A stretch of 64,000 nucleotides of DNA from Fibrobacteria bacterium (GTDB taxonomy: Bacteria > Fibrobacterota > Chitinivibrionia > Chitinivibrionales > FEN-1185). Both the position numbers and the translations under genes were made by a program. Positions 9,882-18,678 of the stretch are shown in pieces. The stretch's first letter is position 1; each line of letters opens with the position of its first letter. The stretch is from NCBI GenBank assembly GCA_037447435.1, contig JBBIGR010000014.1, positions 21,305-85,304 on the forward strand, read 5' to 3'. The notes under the pieces are model-generated. The model did no database searches and was not told where the DNA came from. It saw nothing but the letters and a program-made list of their open reading frames with translations.

Positions 9882-9995
9882 CAGTGAAAGGTCAAACAAA
9901 AAAAATCTTGACCCTCCTTTCGAATTTTTTTGCAGGGAGAATGTAAGGACTTGCCGTTCCTTTTCCCCTGCGCTGTATAAAATCTCCTGCTTAAT

Positions 9996-10023
9996 TTATC
10001 GGTCAAAATCGGTTTAACTTTAA
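9996..10023 (-). promoter_or_regulatory. Sigma28 (FliA/SigD)-type promoter for flagellin
   Basis: The minus strand reads TAAAGTTA-N11-ACCGATAA versus consensus TAAAGTTT-N11-GCCGATAA. It lies ~165 nt upstream of the fliC ATG and overlaps the tadA stop codon. Confidence 0.6.
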
Positions 10024-10475
10024 TTTTTTCTTACATTTTTAAAAAAAGATTTCAAAAGAGTGCCGCATTCTTCCGCCATAACGCCAGAAGTTATCCGAGG
10101 AAAATAACGATAGGCGCGCTCTAATTCCTGCCGATGAAAATAACTGTCTATCGCGCCAACTCGCGGATCGGCGGTTGCATAAACGATGGCATCGACACGA
10201 GTTTGCAAAATAGCGCCCAGACACATTATGCACGGTTCCAATGTGACATACAAAGTGCAGCCGTTTAAACGCCAACTCGATTCATGCGATGACGCAGCGC
10301 CTATTGCAAGAATTTCGGCATGCGCCGTTGCGTCGAAAAGCTTTTCCACTCTATTATACCCTCGCCCGATTATCCTTCCGTCTTTTTCAATGACGGCGCC
10401 TATAGGCACTTCGCCTTCATCAAAAGCCTTGACAGCCTCCTGATAAGCACTATTCATAAAATATGAAGTATCCAC
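10020..10475 (-). CDS. tadA: tRNA-specific adenosine deaminase
   Basis: Motifs HAEILAI and PCIMCLGAI (zinc ligands) with 151 aa length fit TadA. GTG start. Confidence 0.9.
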   Translation of the reverse strand: MDTSYFMNSAYQEAVKAFDEGEVPIGAVIEKDGRIIGRGYNRVEKLFDATAHAEILAIGAASSHESSWRLNGCTLYVTLEPCIMCLGAILQTRVDAIVYATADPRVGAIDSYFHRQELERAYRYFPRITSGVMAEECGTLLKSFFKNVRKN

Positions 10476-10665
10476 AGCCGTAATCCCTTTCTTTAAGGAA
10501 AATTGATTATATTAATTAGATTGTAATTGCCCGATTTTTCCTAACATTTGCCTAATAAATTGCGCCGTAACCGGATAGTTGCAACTGTGATTTGTCTACA
10601 TACCATGCGTAGATACTTTTTATTGAGACACTAATACTGACGTTAATATACTTTCGAAAAACACC

Positions 10666-12426
10666 ATGACAGAACGTATTGGACAGATTTTAATCAAAAA
10701 AAACGCTGTTGACGCGCAGTCTATGGAGCGTGCTATATCTTTACAACAGCAAAACGTCGACTTGAACGTGCCTCACCAACGACTCGGCGAATTGCTCATG
10801 ACCCGGTTCGCTGTTGCGGAGATCGATATTTTTTCAGCGCTTTCCGAACAATTTTCTTTGCCTTTCGCGCAAAACATAGACGATAAATTATGCCGCGAAA
10901 TTATCCAGGAACTTTCGGCCGATTTTTTCAAAGAGTTGCCCTGCCTGCCCTTGGAGCATCGGGACAACACGCTCGTCATTGCAATAAGCGACCCGATAGA
11001 TCTTGATACCCTCCTAAATGTCCAGGCCCAAAGCGGGCTTTGCGTAGAATCGTGCATTTGCTGTCCGTCGACACTTGACAAAACCAGACAAAAGCTATTC
11101 GAGCAGAAATCGTTTCTAAGTCAATCGGCCGGGAAGCTTTCTCGGGAACAGGAACAATTGGCGCAATTCGACGATTCTTTATCGGTCGAAGAAATTAAGA
11201 AGCGGACCGAAAGCGAGCCGGTTGTCAAAATGGCTTCCTTGATTTTCGATGAAGCATTGGCGCTTAACGCATCCGATATCCACATAGAACCGACTCAGGA
11301 GAATGCTGTCGTCCGGTACCGGGTCGACGGCCTGCTGACTGCACATATGGAAACACCTCGGGCAATGTATGTGCCGCTTACGTCCCGAATTAAAATAATG
11401 GCCGATCTTGATATTGCTGAAAAACGGGTTCCCCAGGACGGCCGCATCCGTTATGCCCATAGAGGAGAACAATTCGATTTTCGTGTTTCCACCCTGCCGA
11501 CGCATTACGGAGAAAAAACGGTAATTCGAATCTTAAAGCACGATATCGGTCTTTTGGAATTATCGCGGCTCGGGATTCCGGCGCAGGAATACGAAAAGCT
11601 CGCGGATTTAATAGAAAAACCTCAAGGCATTATTTTCGTCACCGGCCCTACGGGCTCGGGAAAATCTTCTACCCTATTCGGTTGCCTCAACCGGATCAAG
11701 ACAAAAGCCATCAACATTACGACGATTGAAAATCCTATCGAGTATAAAATCGACGGCATAAATCAGGTGCAGATCAATGAAAAGGCCGGTGTCACGTTCG
11801 CAACGACGTTACGTTCTATCTTACGTCAAGATCCCGATGTTATATTAATCGGGGAAATCCGCGACCGCGAAACCGCTGAAATCGCCATTCAATCGGCGCA
11901 AACCGGACATTTGGTACTTTCTACATTGCATACAAACGACGCGCTTTCGGCAATTACGCGGCTCCGAGACCTCGGTATTCCAGGGTTCCTCATATCTTCA
12001 TCATTGATCGGCATTTTAGCACAACGACTGGTCAGAGTTTTATGCCCGCATTGCAAGCAACGCGGCGAAGTTTCGACAGATATACGGCAACGGTGGAACA
12101 TGATGCTTTCCAATATAGAATTGCCTCCGTTTTATTCGCCTCGAGGGTGCGACCAATGCCATGGACGCGGGTATAAAGGTCGCTCGGGAATTTTCGAGCT
12201 TGCAGTCGTCAATGACGTAGCACGTGAAATGATTTCGGCAAATCAAAGCGAAGGAAATATCAGGAAGTATTTTCGTGAAATCGGGATGAATACGATGATA
12301 CAAAACGGGCTTGAGAAAATCCGTAACGGCACAACCTCACCCGACGAATTATTGCGGGTTGTTATGGTCGAAGATATTTTGAGCCATAAACAATCGGCAT
12401 TTGAAAAACAAAAGGAATCCCTATGA
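10666..12426 (+). CDS. Type II secretion / type IV pilus assembly ATPase (GspE/PilB/MshE family)
   Basis: Walker A GPTGSGKSST, Asp box, Walker B DPDVILIGEIRD, His box LVLSTLHTND, and a tetracysteine CPHC...CDQC. The N-terminus carries two MshEN-like 24-residue motifs. Confidence 0.9.
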   Translation: MTERIGQILIKKNAVDAQSMERAISLQQQNVDLNVPHQRLGELLMTRFAVAEIDIFSALSEQFSLPFAQNIDDKLCREIIQELSADFFKELPCLPLEHRDNTLVIAISDPIDLDTLLNVQAQSGLCVESCICCPSTLDKTRQKLFEQKSFLSQSAGKLSREQEQLAQFDDSLSVEEIKKRTESEPVVKMASLIFDEALALNASDIHIEPTQENAVVRYRVDGLLTAHMETPRAMYVPLTSRIKIMADLDIAEKRVPQDGRIRYAHRGEQFDFRVSTLPTHYGEKTVIRILKHDIGLLELSRLGIPAQEYEKLADLIEKPQGIIFVTGPTGSGKSSTLFGCLNRIKTKAINITTIENPIEYKIDGINQVQINEKAGVTFATTLRSILRQDPDVILIGEIRDRETAEIAIQSAQTGHLVLSTLHTNDALSAITRLRDLGIPGFLISSSLIGILAQRLVRVLCPHCKQRGEVSTDIRQRWNMMLSNIELPPFYSPRGCDQCHGRGYKGRSGIFELAVVNDVAREMISANQSEGNIRKYFREIGMNTMIQNGLEKIRNGTTSPDELLRVVMVEDILSHKQSAFEKQKESL

Positions 12427-14582
12427 ACAATGTCTTTGTCGCATTGATACTTGCGATCCTGGCGGTAACGGGCATAGTGCAAGCGGCCCCGCAAGGCAAA
12501 GAACCCTCAAAAGCTTTATCCGAGCAAAAACCGGCGGAACAATCTGCAGTCGCACCCGAATTGCAAATGATGTCGCCTTTGGATGTGAAAGACGCCGACA
12601 TTCAAGATGTAATACGCACGATTTCCAAAGGATATAATGTCAATATCATCCTCGACAAAGATGTTTCCGGCAAAGTTACGGTGCATTTGTCCGATGTGCC
12701 CGTCATTGAGGGACTTCGAACCCTTTCCCGGTCCATCGGGTTAGAGGTAGTTAAGGAAGGCAACGTTTACCGTATTCGCAAGGCGATGGACGAGCAGCGA
12801 TCGGTAATCACTTTTATAAATAATAAACTGACCGTCGATGTCCAAAACGTCGATGTCAAGGATTTCCTCAAGGACATCAGTGCGAAGACGGCAATAAGCA
12901 TAGTCCCCGATGCAAAAGTGAGCGGCAAAATTTCGGGAAAACTTTTCCAGGTCGAACTTGACGATGGGTTACGGGCTTTGCTGCAGGGAAGCGGGCTAAA
13001 GCTTACAAAACGTAAAAATATTTACCAAGTACTTGCCGACGACGACGCACCGCCGGCGGGAAACCCTGCACCGGGTAATCCGTATCCCGGCTATCGCAGA
13101 TACGGAGGAAACCCCGGCGGCGGATCCACCTCGTTTTTTGTTGAATGCGCAAACGGCAAGATTTCATTGGATGTGGTAAACGGAAATCTTAATGATGTTA
13201 TAAAAGCAATTGCAGAACAAAGCGATATGGAAATCATCACCTACGGTACGATTTCGGGCGAAATAAATGCCAAGTTAAAGAATGTTCCGCTTACGCAGGC
13301 ATTGGCATTACTTTTAGGCGGTACGATGTTTACATTTGTGCAAAAAGATTCCATCATTCTCATCGGCGACCGAAACGCCGCAACCCCCTCAGGGCAAGCT
13401 CTTTCGAAATCGGAACTTATTCACTTGAATTGCATCAAGGCCGACGGCGTCATGCAAATACTGCCCAAAGATATCCCGCCGAGCAATGTGAAAGTCATTA
13501 AAGAACAGAATGCGCTGCTAGTGTCCGGTACTTCCGAAGACATCGTATCGGTACGGGAATTTATCTCGACCATCGATGTTCCAACACCTCAGGTTTCAAT
13601 TGACGCGGTTATTGTCGAGTACTCTGAAAACCTTAACAAGTCTTTTAATGTCAAGGCAAGCTTAAATCGGCCCGACCTAAATAATCAGTCATATTTTGCT
13701 CTTCCTTCAGATGACTTTAGAATCGAAAAAGGAACAGATGCAGTCGAGCTGGGGTCAAGCGGTACTGCTATAAAATCTTTTTTTCAAAACTTGCTCGGCC
13801 AAACATTCAATGGCAACACTATTATCAGCCATCTGCCCGATAATTTTTTCATTTTCTTGAAATTCCTTGAATCGCAAAACCAGGCAAAAGTCCTTGCGCA
13901 ACCATCTATTGTTACGCTAAACGGAAATAAAGCATCTATCAATGTGAATAAAACCAGCTATTTCAAAGTCACTACCGGAAACCCGCTCGGGGGCGACTAT
14001 TCAATACGGTTCCAACCCATCACATTCGGTATAAAGCTAGACATAACACCTTGGATATCCATGGGAGGACAAATCACGGCTGAAATAGCTCCCGAAGTGT
14101 CAAATTCCGACGGCCAAAGCGCTGACGGATATCCCAATGTATCGACACGATCCATTACGACCACTGTGCGCTTAAATAACGGAGAAACTATAGTCCTTGG
14201 TGGCTTAGTACAAAACCAACAAACCGATGCAAAACAAAAGATACCCATTCTTGGTGATATTCCGTTCATTGGGTTTTTGTTTAGAACCAATGTCAAGATC
14301 CGGACAAAATCCAATCTCGTTGTATATATAACGCCGCATATTATCATACCACAAACAAATAACGTTGATTTAAAAAAAGAACTTTCTAATTTCGAAAAAA
14401 ATGACATGGGGATAATAGACAAGAAAAACTCCTATGAGAACAACGCGGACAAGCAGGATAAAAAATCAGATAAACATATCGATACTACTAAAGAAAAAGA
14501 TTTGAAAAAAATGCCGATAAACCCTATACCGCAGAACACGGTAACGCCTGCTGCCAAAGATACGGTCCGACAGGCGCAATAA
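12423..14582 (+). CDS. Secretin (PilQ/GspD/MshL family)
   Basis: Signal peptide, N-terminal repeated N-domains, and a C-terminal secretin core ending ..VVLGGLVQNQ..KIPILGDIPFIGFLFR. ATGA overlap with the ATPase gene. Confidence 0.85.
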   Translation: MNNVFVALILAILAVTGIVQAAPQGKEPSKALSEQKPAEQSAVAPELQMMSPLDVKDADIQDVIRTISKGYNVNIILDKDVSGKVTVHLSDVPVIEGLRTLSRSIGLEVVKEGNVYRIRKAMDEQRSVITFINNKLTVDVQNVDVKDFLKDISAKTAISIVPDAKVSGKISGKLFQVELDDGLRALLQGSGLKLTKRKNIYQVLADDDAPPAGNPAPGNPYPGYRRYGGNPGGGSTSFFVECANGKISLDVVNGNLNDVIKAIAEQSDMEIITYGTISGEINAKLKNVPLTQALALLLGGTMFTFVQKDSIILIGDRNAATPSGQALSKSELIHLNCIKADGVMQILPKDIPPSNVKVIKEQNALLVSGTSEDIVSVREFISTIDVPTPQVSIDAVIVEYSENLNKSFNVKASLNRPDLNNQSYFALPSDDFRIEKGTDAVELGSSGTAIKSFFQNLLGQTFNGNTIISHLPDNFFIFLKFLESQNQAKVLAQPSIVTLNGNKASINVNKTSYFKVTTGNPLGGDYSIRFQPITFGIKLDITPWISMGGQITAEIAPEVSNSDGQSADGYPNVSTRSITTTVRLNNGETIVLGGLVQNQQTDAKQKIPILGDIPFIGFLFRTNVKIRTKSNLVVYITPHIIIPQTNNVDLKKELSNFEKNDMGIIDKKNSYENNADKQDKKSDKHIDTTKEKDLKKMPINPIPQNTVTPAAKDTVRQAQ

Positions 14583-14592
14583 GGCAACAACA

Positions 14593-15846
14593 ATGCAAAA
14601 CACCGCTCATGGGATTACCTTAACCGATGATGGTTCTTTTCTATTTGTTTCGCTTAAAAAGCGCGACAATTCGTGGCGGATTATAACCAAAAAAAAATGG
14701 GACAGTTCAAATACTTTTAAAAACGGCCTTTTACTGAATCGCGGCGTTGTCGCCGCAGTTCCTTGTTCATTTAAAAACGCAAACACTAAAATCAACAATG
14801 AACAAGATTTGATTTATTCACAAGACAACGGCCTGCTTGCGCCCTATGCGCACACACCTTCGGTATCGCCGTTTTCAAATTATCTGGCGGCGAACTGCAT
14901 AGCTGCGGTTCCGGACGATTCGTTTTTGGCAACCCTTCCTCTCGCTTTTTCAAACAAAGATTTACATTCTTTTGTCAGCATATTCCAAACAGCGACTGAG
15001 TATAAAATCGGTATTATCATTAATAGCGCGTTGACGGCGGTTTTCACCATGTCCCCGGTCTCTCCCGAAGCGATCATCTCGCATCTCGCAAGGATCGAAC
15101 GTTACTGTTCGATCATGACGCCGGAAACTCCCATGCCAAGACATGTTTATACATTCAACTTTAAATCCGACGGTATCAATCAAAGTCATTTCCAATGCAA
15201 CGACCTGACCATTCCTCCGGAAATCGTTTCAAATAAGGAAACGGCTGTTGCAATCGGCGCAGCCTTGGCAAACGTTACTTGCAAGATTCCGACGCTTTCT
15301 TTCGATGCAACCCGTTCCTCCTTTCGCCACATCCGCGCAATCGGTTATGCGATCTCTATGGCTTTTTTAGGAAGCGTTATCGCCTGTTCGTTGTTTTTTG
15401 GAATTTTTTCCGCATACTCCGCCACAGCGCTTTCCAAATACAAATCAAAATATCAAACCATTGTACAACAAAATCCCGATATTAAAAAGCTTTTGGACGA
15501 AAATGAATCGTTTGCAAAAGATTTGCTATCCCTTTCTTCCGTATTCGCAAACCGTACGGGATGGGCCGATTTTCTTCAATTATTGGGCGTAATTCGACCA
15601 AGCGGTTTGTATTTTGAAATGCTTGGTTCCGAATCATTGAATAAAACAAATGGCACAGTCCGAATCGCTTTATCGGGCTATGCTTCAAACGAATCGCTTA
15701 TAACCGATTTTATTTCCGGCCTGCAAAAAAGCAATATTATATCCCAGGTCTCTTTGTCCTCGATGGAACGGGACAAAGCCCAAAATGTCGTTACGTATAA
15801 GGTCATATGCTTATTAAAATGTACCGCTTTATCCAAAACGAAATAA
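14593..15846 (+). CDS. PilM/PilN-like fusion (GspL/MshI-like inner-membrane alignment protein)
   Basis: About 245 aa cytoplasmic part ending AVAIGAALANV, one TM helix (AISMAFLGSVIACSLFFGIFSAY), then a coiled stretch and a PilN/GspM-like periplasmic domain. Called from architecture and context only. Confidence 0.5.
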   Translation: MQNTAHGITLTDDGSFLFVSLKKRDNSWRIITKKKWDSSNTFKNGLLLNRGVVAAVPCSFKNANTKINNEQDLIYSQDNGLLAPYAHTPSVSPFSNYLAANCIAAVPDDSFLATLPLAFSNKDLHSFVSIFQTATEYKIGIIINSALTAVFTMSPVSPEAIISHLARIERYCSIMTPETPMPRHVYTFNFKSDGINQSHFQCNDLTIPPEIVSNKETAVAIGAALANVTCKIPTLSFDATRSSFRHIRAIGYAISMAFLGSVIACSLFFGIFSAYSATALSKYKSKYQTIVQQNPDIKKLLDENESFAKDLLSLSSVFANRTGWADFLQLLGVIRPSGLYFEMLGSESLNKTNGTVRIALSGYASNESLITDFISGLQKSNIISQVSLSSMERDKAQNVVTYKVICLLKCTALSKTK

Positions 15847-16364
15847 TCCATATTTGCGCTTGTTCCTTATTGATCCTCGCAGCGCTTATATTGCTTAAAA
15901 TCGTTGCTATACCAATGGCCGTTTCATGCAGCACGGTTGCAGCGCAATCCGCCGTTTATCGTGGTTTGGTATCCGACAACAACCGGTACGGGGCAATTAA
16001 AGAGCAGTTAATTCTAAAAAAATCCGCTCTTGAGGATACGCGTGCCCGATTTGCCCTGGCGACTTTGCAGACGGGCGATTTGTCGTCCATTTTGCAATTA
16101 CTCATATCCCGCGCCAAAGAATCTGATATACGATTTGTAAAAATGCTGCCCGAAACCGATAGCAAAGCAAGTCCAAATAGCTATCCCGTTGTTTTGGAAA
16201 TGAACACATCGTATCATTCGCTTGGCCGTTTTATTGCGTCGCTTGAAAGTTTGCCGCATATTTTTTTGATACAGCGGTTAGCCATTAATTCCGAAAAAAA
16301 CGATATCAACGTCCGGATGCTCGTGAGTTGCGTTCTTGCACAACAGCCAAAGGACGTAAAATGA
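15807..16364 (+). CDS. PilO/GspM-like protein
   Basis: N-terminal TM helix, a coiled region, then YPVVLEMNTSYHSLGRFIASLESLPHIFLIQRLAI, which resembles the PilO core. The start is uncertain (15807 or 15819). Confidence 0.5.
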   Translation: MLIKMYRFIQNEIIHICACSLLILAALILLKIVAIPMAVSCSTVAAQSAVYRGLVSDNNRYGAIKEQLILKKSALEDTRARFALATLQTGDLSSILQLLISRAKESDIRFVKMLPETDSKASPNSYPVVLEMNTSYHSLGRFIASLESLPHIFLIQRLAINSEKNDINVRMLVSCVLAQQPKDVK

Positions 16365-16855
16365 TCCGCCAAAATAAACTTCGCTTTGTCCTGATGGCCG
16401 CAGTTACCGTTTTTGCATGGATCTTCGCAATTCGCATTACCGGCAGCGTCCTCAGTTTTCATCGCCCGGCAATTTCGGCGGTAAAGCCCGAAAGCGAAAA
16501 TGCCTTTTCAGCCTCTTTCGCCATTGTCAACAAAGCCCTCTTAATTCCTGAGTATAAAGCGTCTCACTATAACCCGACTTTCGAAACGCCGTTTAAAACG
16601 GTTTCCGAGTCCCGGGCACAAACCAATCCGACTTCGGTAAAAACGCGCGTATTGCCGGCTCCCCGGCCAAGGCTTTCTTTGCAGGGAGTATTGTTCAAGT
16701 CCAGTCCGCTGTCTATTCTTGCGAACGAATCCGGCGCAACGTTTATTCTTGGTGTGGGAGACTCAATTTCAGGTCAAAAAATCGTTTCCATTACTAAAAC
16801 CACTGTTACGCTCAAAGACAAATTCGGGACCTATGAACTTTCGGTAAAAGAATAG
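16361..16855 (+). CDS. PilP/GspC-like protein
   Basis: I prefer the ATG at 16361, which forms an ATGA overlap with the upstream stop. It has a TM anchor. The C-terminus LSLQGVLFKSSPLSILANESGATFILGVGDSISGQKIVSITKTTVTLKD fits the PilP/GspC-HR beta-domain pattern. Confidence 0.45.
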   Translation: MIRQNKLRFVLMAAVTVFAWIFAIRITGSVLSFHRPAISAVKPESENAFSASFAIVNKALLIPEYKASHYNPTFETPFKTVSESRAQTNPTSVKTRVLPAPRPRLSLQGVLFKSSPLSILANESGATFILGVGDSISGQKIVSITKTTVTLKDKFGTYELSVKE

Positions 16856-16867
16856 CGAAACACGGCA

Positions 16868-18271
16868 ATGGACGTTCGCAATGAGCACGGATCAAGCCTT
16901 ACCATAGTGCTTATCTTTTCGGTTTTCGCATTAATCACCACTTCCGTTTATATAATAAGTCAATGGACCATCGCCAAACCCGGGCTATTGGCCCCCTCGT
17001 CGTTTCAAGCGCTTTTAAACGCCCGATCGGGCATTTGGAAAGCAATGGAACTTATGAACGCCCCGCCGCCCGATACTCTTGCCTCCATCAATACTCTTGG
17101 CACCAAATTCAACGACACCTTATTTGGTAAGCAAACGCAAAACATCGCAGACAGCTCGGCTTTGCCGCCGGACGATACGACCGATGTCTCGATTTTCAGT
17201 TCCGATTCGTTCGGAAAATGCAAAGTAATTTTCACCTATATACCTTGCTTTAAAAATTTGGAATCCAACGGCATATTTCGAATGCAATCAAAAACGGTTT
17301 CAGCCCGTTTGGGCGGCATTTTGCATACGTCGCCAGATACGGTTTGTTTTCTTGGTACTAAAATTCCACCACAAGGAGGCGGATTAATTGACGGTAAGGT
17401 CACCCAAATTCCCGATTCAACCTTAGGAGGACCCACTAAAAGTAAATTCATATCTGAGTTCAGAAAACAAGATCTTGTCAAGGTTATTTCTTACTATAAA
17501 GCAAAATTTTCAAATACTAATGATTCTTTGTTTCAAAACTCGGTAATTACTATACAAGATAACGATAAAATCCCCACCATAAAAGATATTGTCAATGGTC
17601 CTTTACTCTTAGATGGATCTCATCATGATTTGTATTGGAAAGAAAAACGTAGAATCCTAGTACTCGGTGATCTGCAAATTACCGGAACGGTTACTGTTGA
17701 AAACATTGAATTTCTTGTTAGTGGAAATGTTAATCTTTTTGACAATTGCGTATTTAGAAATGTTTCCATATTTTGCAGTAAAACATTGACAATTACGGAC
17801 AAAGCCGTTTTTTCAGGAAATGCCTTATCTCTTTATCAAATTAATGCTAGTAAACGAGGACGGATTGAGAATAACAGCGTACTTGTGGCATATAATGAAA
17901 AAAAAGATACATCATCTTCCAGGATCAAAGTATTGTGCTCAATTTTTTTAACTCAAGAGGTACGATGCGATGGAACCGTCATTTCGTGTGGCAATCGGGC
18001 CGGGATAAAGACTGACAAAAATGTCATTATACATGGATCTCTTTGGTCCGATAGTGTTATTTGCCACGAAGGAACCCTTTTGGGGTTTATGCGCTGTAAA
18101 GAATTGATCTCATCCGAAGAACTCGATTCCCGGCAAACAAGCACACCACCACCTATTTCCGGAAAAAACGTAATGAAAGGTTCCGTTCGCAGGCTTGAAA
18201 CAATCGCCGATTACCCATATCCGTTTTTTATGGGCAAACCGTCGATCGTGAGCTGGGAAGAGAGTATGTGA
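16868..18271 (+). CDS. Large PilX/GspK-like protein with repetitive beta-rich C-terminal region
   Basis: The N-terminus EHGSSLTIVLIFSVFALITTSVYI resembles the non-cleaved pseudopilin-like anchor of PilX/GspK (no Glu5). The rest (467 aa) is unrecognised. Its position is directly before two prepilin genes. Confidence 0.4.
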   Translation: MDVRNEHGSSLTIVLIFSVFALITTSVYIISQWTIAKPGLLAPSSFQALLNARSGIWKAMELMNAPPPDTLASINTLGTKFNDTLFGKQTQNIADSSALPPDDTTDVSIFSSDSFGKCKVIFTYIPCFKNLESNGIFRMQSKTVSARLGGILHTSPDTVCFLGTKIPPQGGGLIDGKVTQIPDSTLGGPTKSKFISEFRKQDLVKVISYYKAKFSNTNDSLFQNSVITIQDNDKIPTIKDIVNGPLLLDGSHHDLYWKEKRRILVLGDLQITGTVTVENIEFLVSGNVNLFDNCVFRNVSIFCSKTLTITDKAVFSGNALSLYQINASKRGRIENNSVLVAYNEKKDTSSSRIKVLCSIFLTQEVRCDGTVISCGNRAGIKTDKNVIIHGSLWSDSVICHEGTLLGFMRCKELISSEELDSRQTSTPPPISGKNVMKGSVRRLETIADYPYPFFMGKPSIVSWEESM

Positions 18272-18678
18272 TGAAGCACGCACGATACCAGGATGGTATG
18301 ACCATTCTTGAGGCGCTCATCGCGATTCTTATTCTCGGCATTACGACAACGGCCATAACGAGCCTGATCGTAACCGGTGACAGGATTGCGGGCCGTCGCA
18401 CAACGATATATACCGCAACGACCCTTGCGAAAAGCGAAATTGAACGTCTTCGTGCGTATGAGAAATCATTGGTGCTTCCGAAGGATACGCTATACGACGA
18501 GGTCGTCAACGGCGTGGAATACGAAGTCAAACGAAACTGGATACCCAATGATACGATTTCCATGAATTCCACGGTTTTACATAGGGAATATTCCGTTTCG
18601 GTAACCAGAAAAATCAATCAATCCGTATCGGTCTCATTCAGGACATTGCAAGGATATTATGGCGAACCGACTCAATAA
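18268..18678 (+). CDS. Prepilin-type N-terminal cleavage/methylation domain protein (PilV/GspI-like minor pilin)
   Basis: Leader MMKHARYQDG, then MTILEALIAILILGI (G|xTxxE class III signal). The start is GTG 18268 or ATG 18271, overlapping the upstream stop. Confidence 0.75.
   Translation: MMKHARYQDGMTILEALIAILILGITTTAITSLIVTGDRIAGRRTTIYTATTLAKSEIERLRAYEKSLVLPKDTLYDEVVNGVEYEVKRNWIPNDTISMNSTVLHREYSVSVTRKINQSVSVSFRTLQGYYGEPTQ

Noticed and set aside
10476-10665. I looked for a c-di-GMP riboswitch or a sigma54 promoter upstream of the pilus/secretion operon.
   Set aside because: I found no GEMM-like conserved helices and no TGGCAC-N5-TTGCA spacing, only a weak 5-bp hairpin (GTCTAC...GTAGA).
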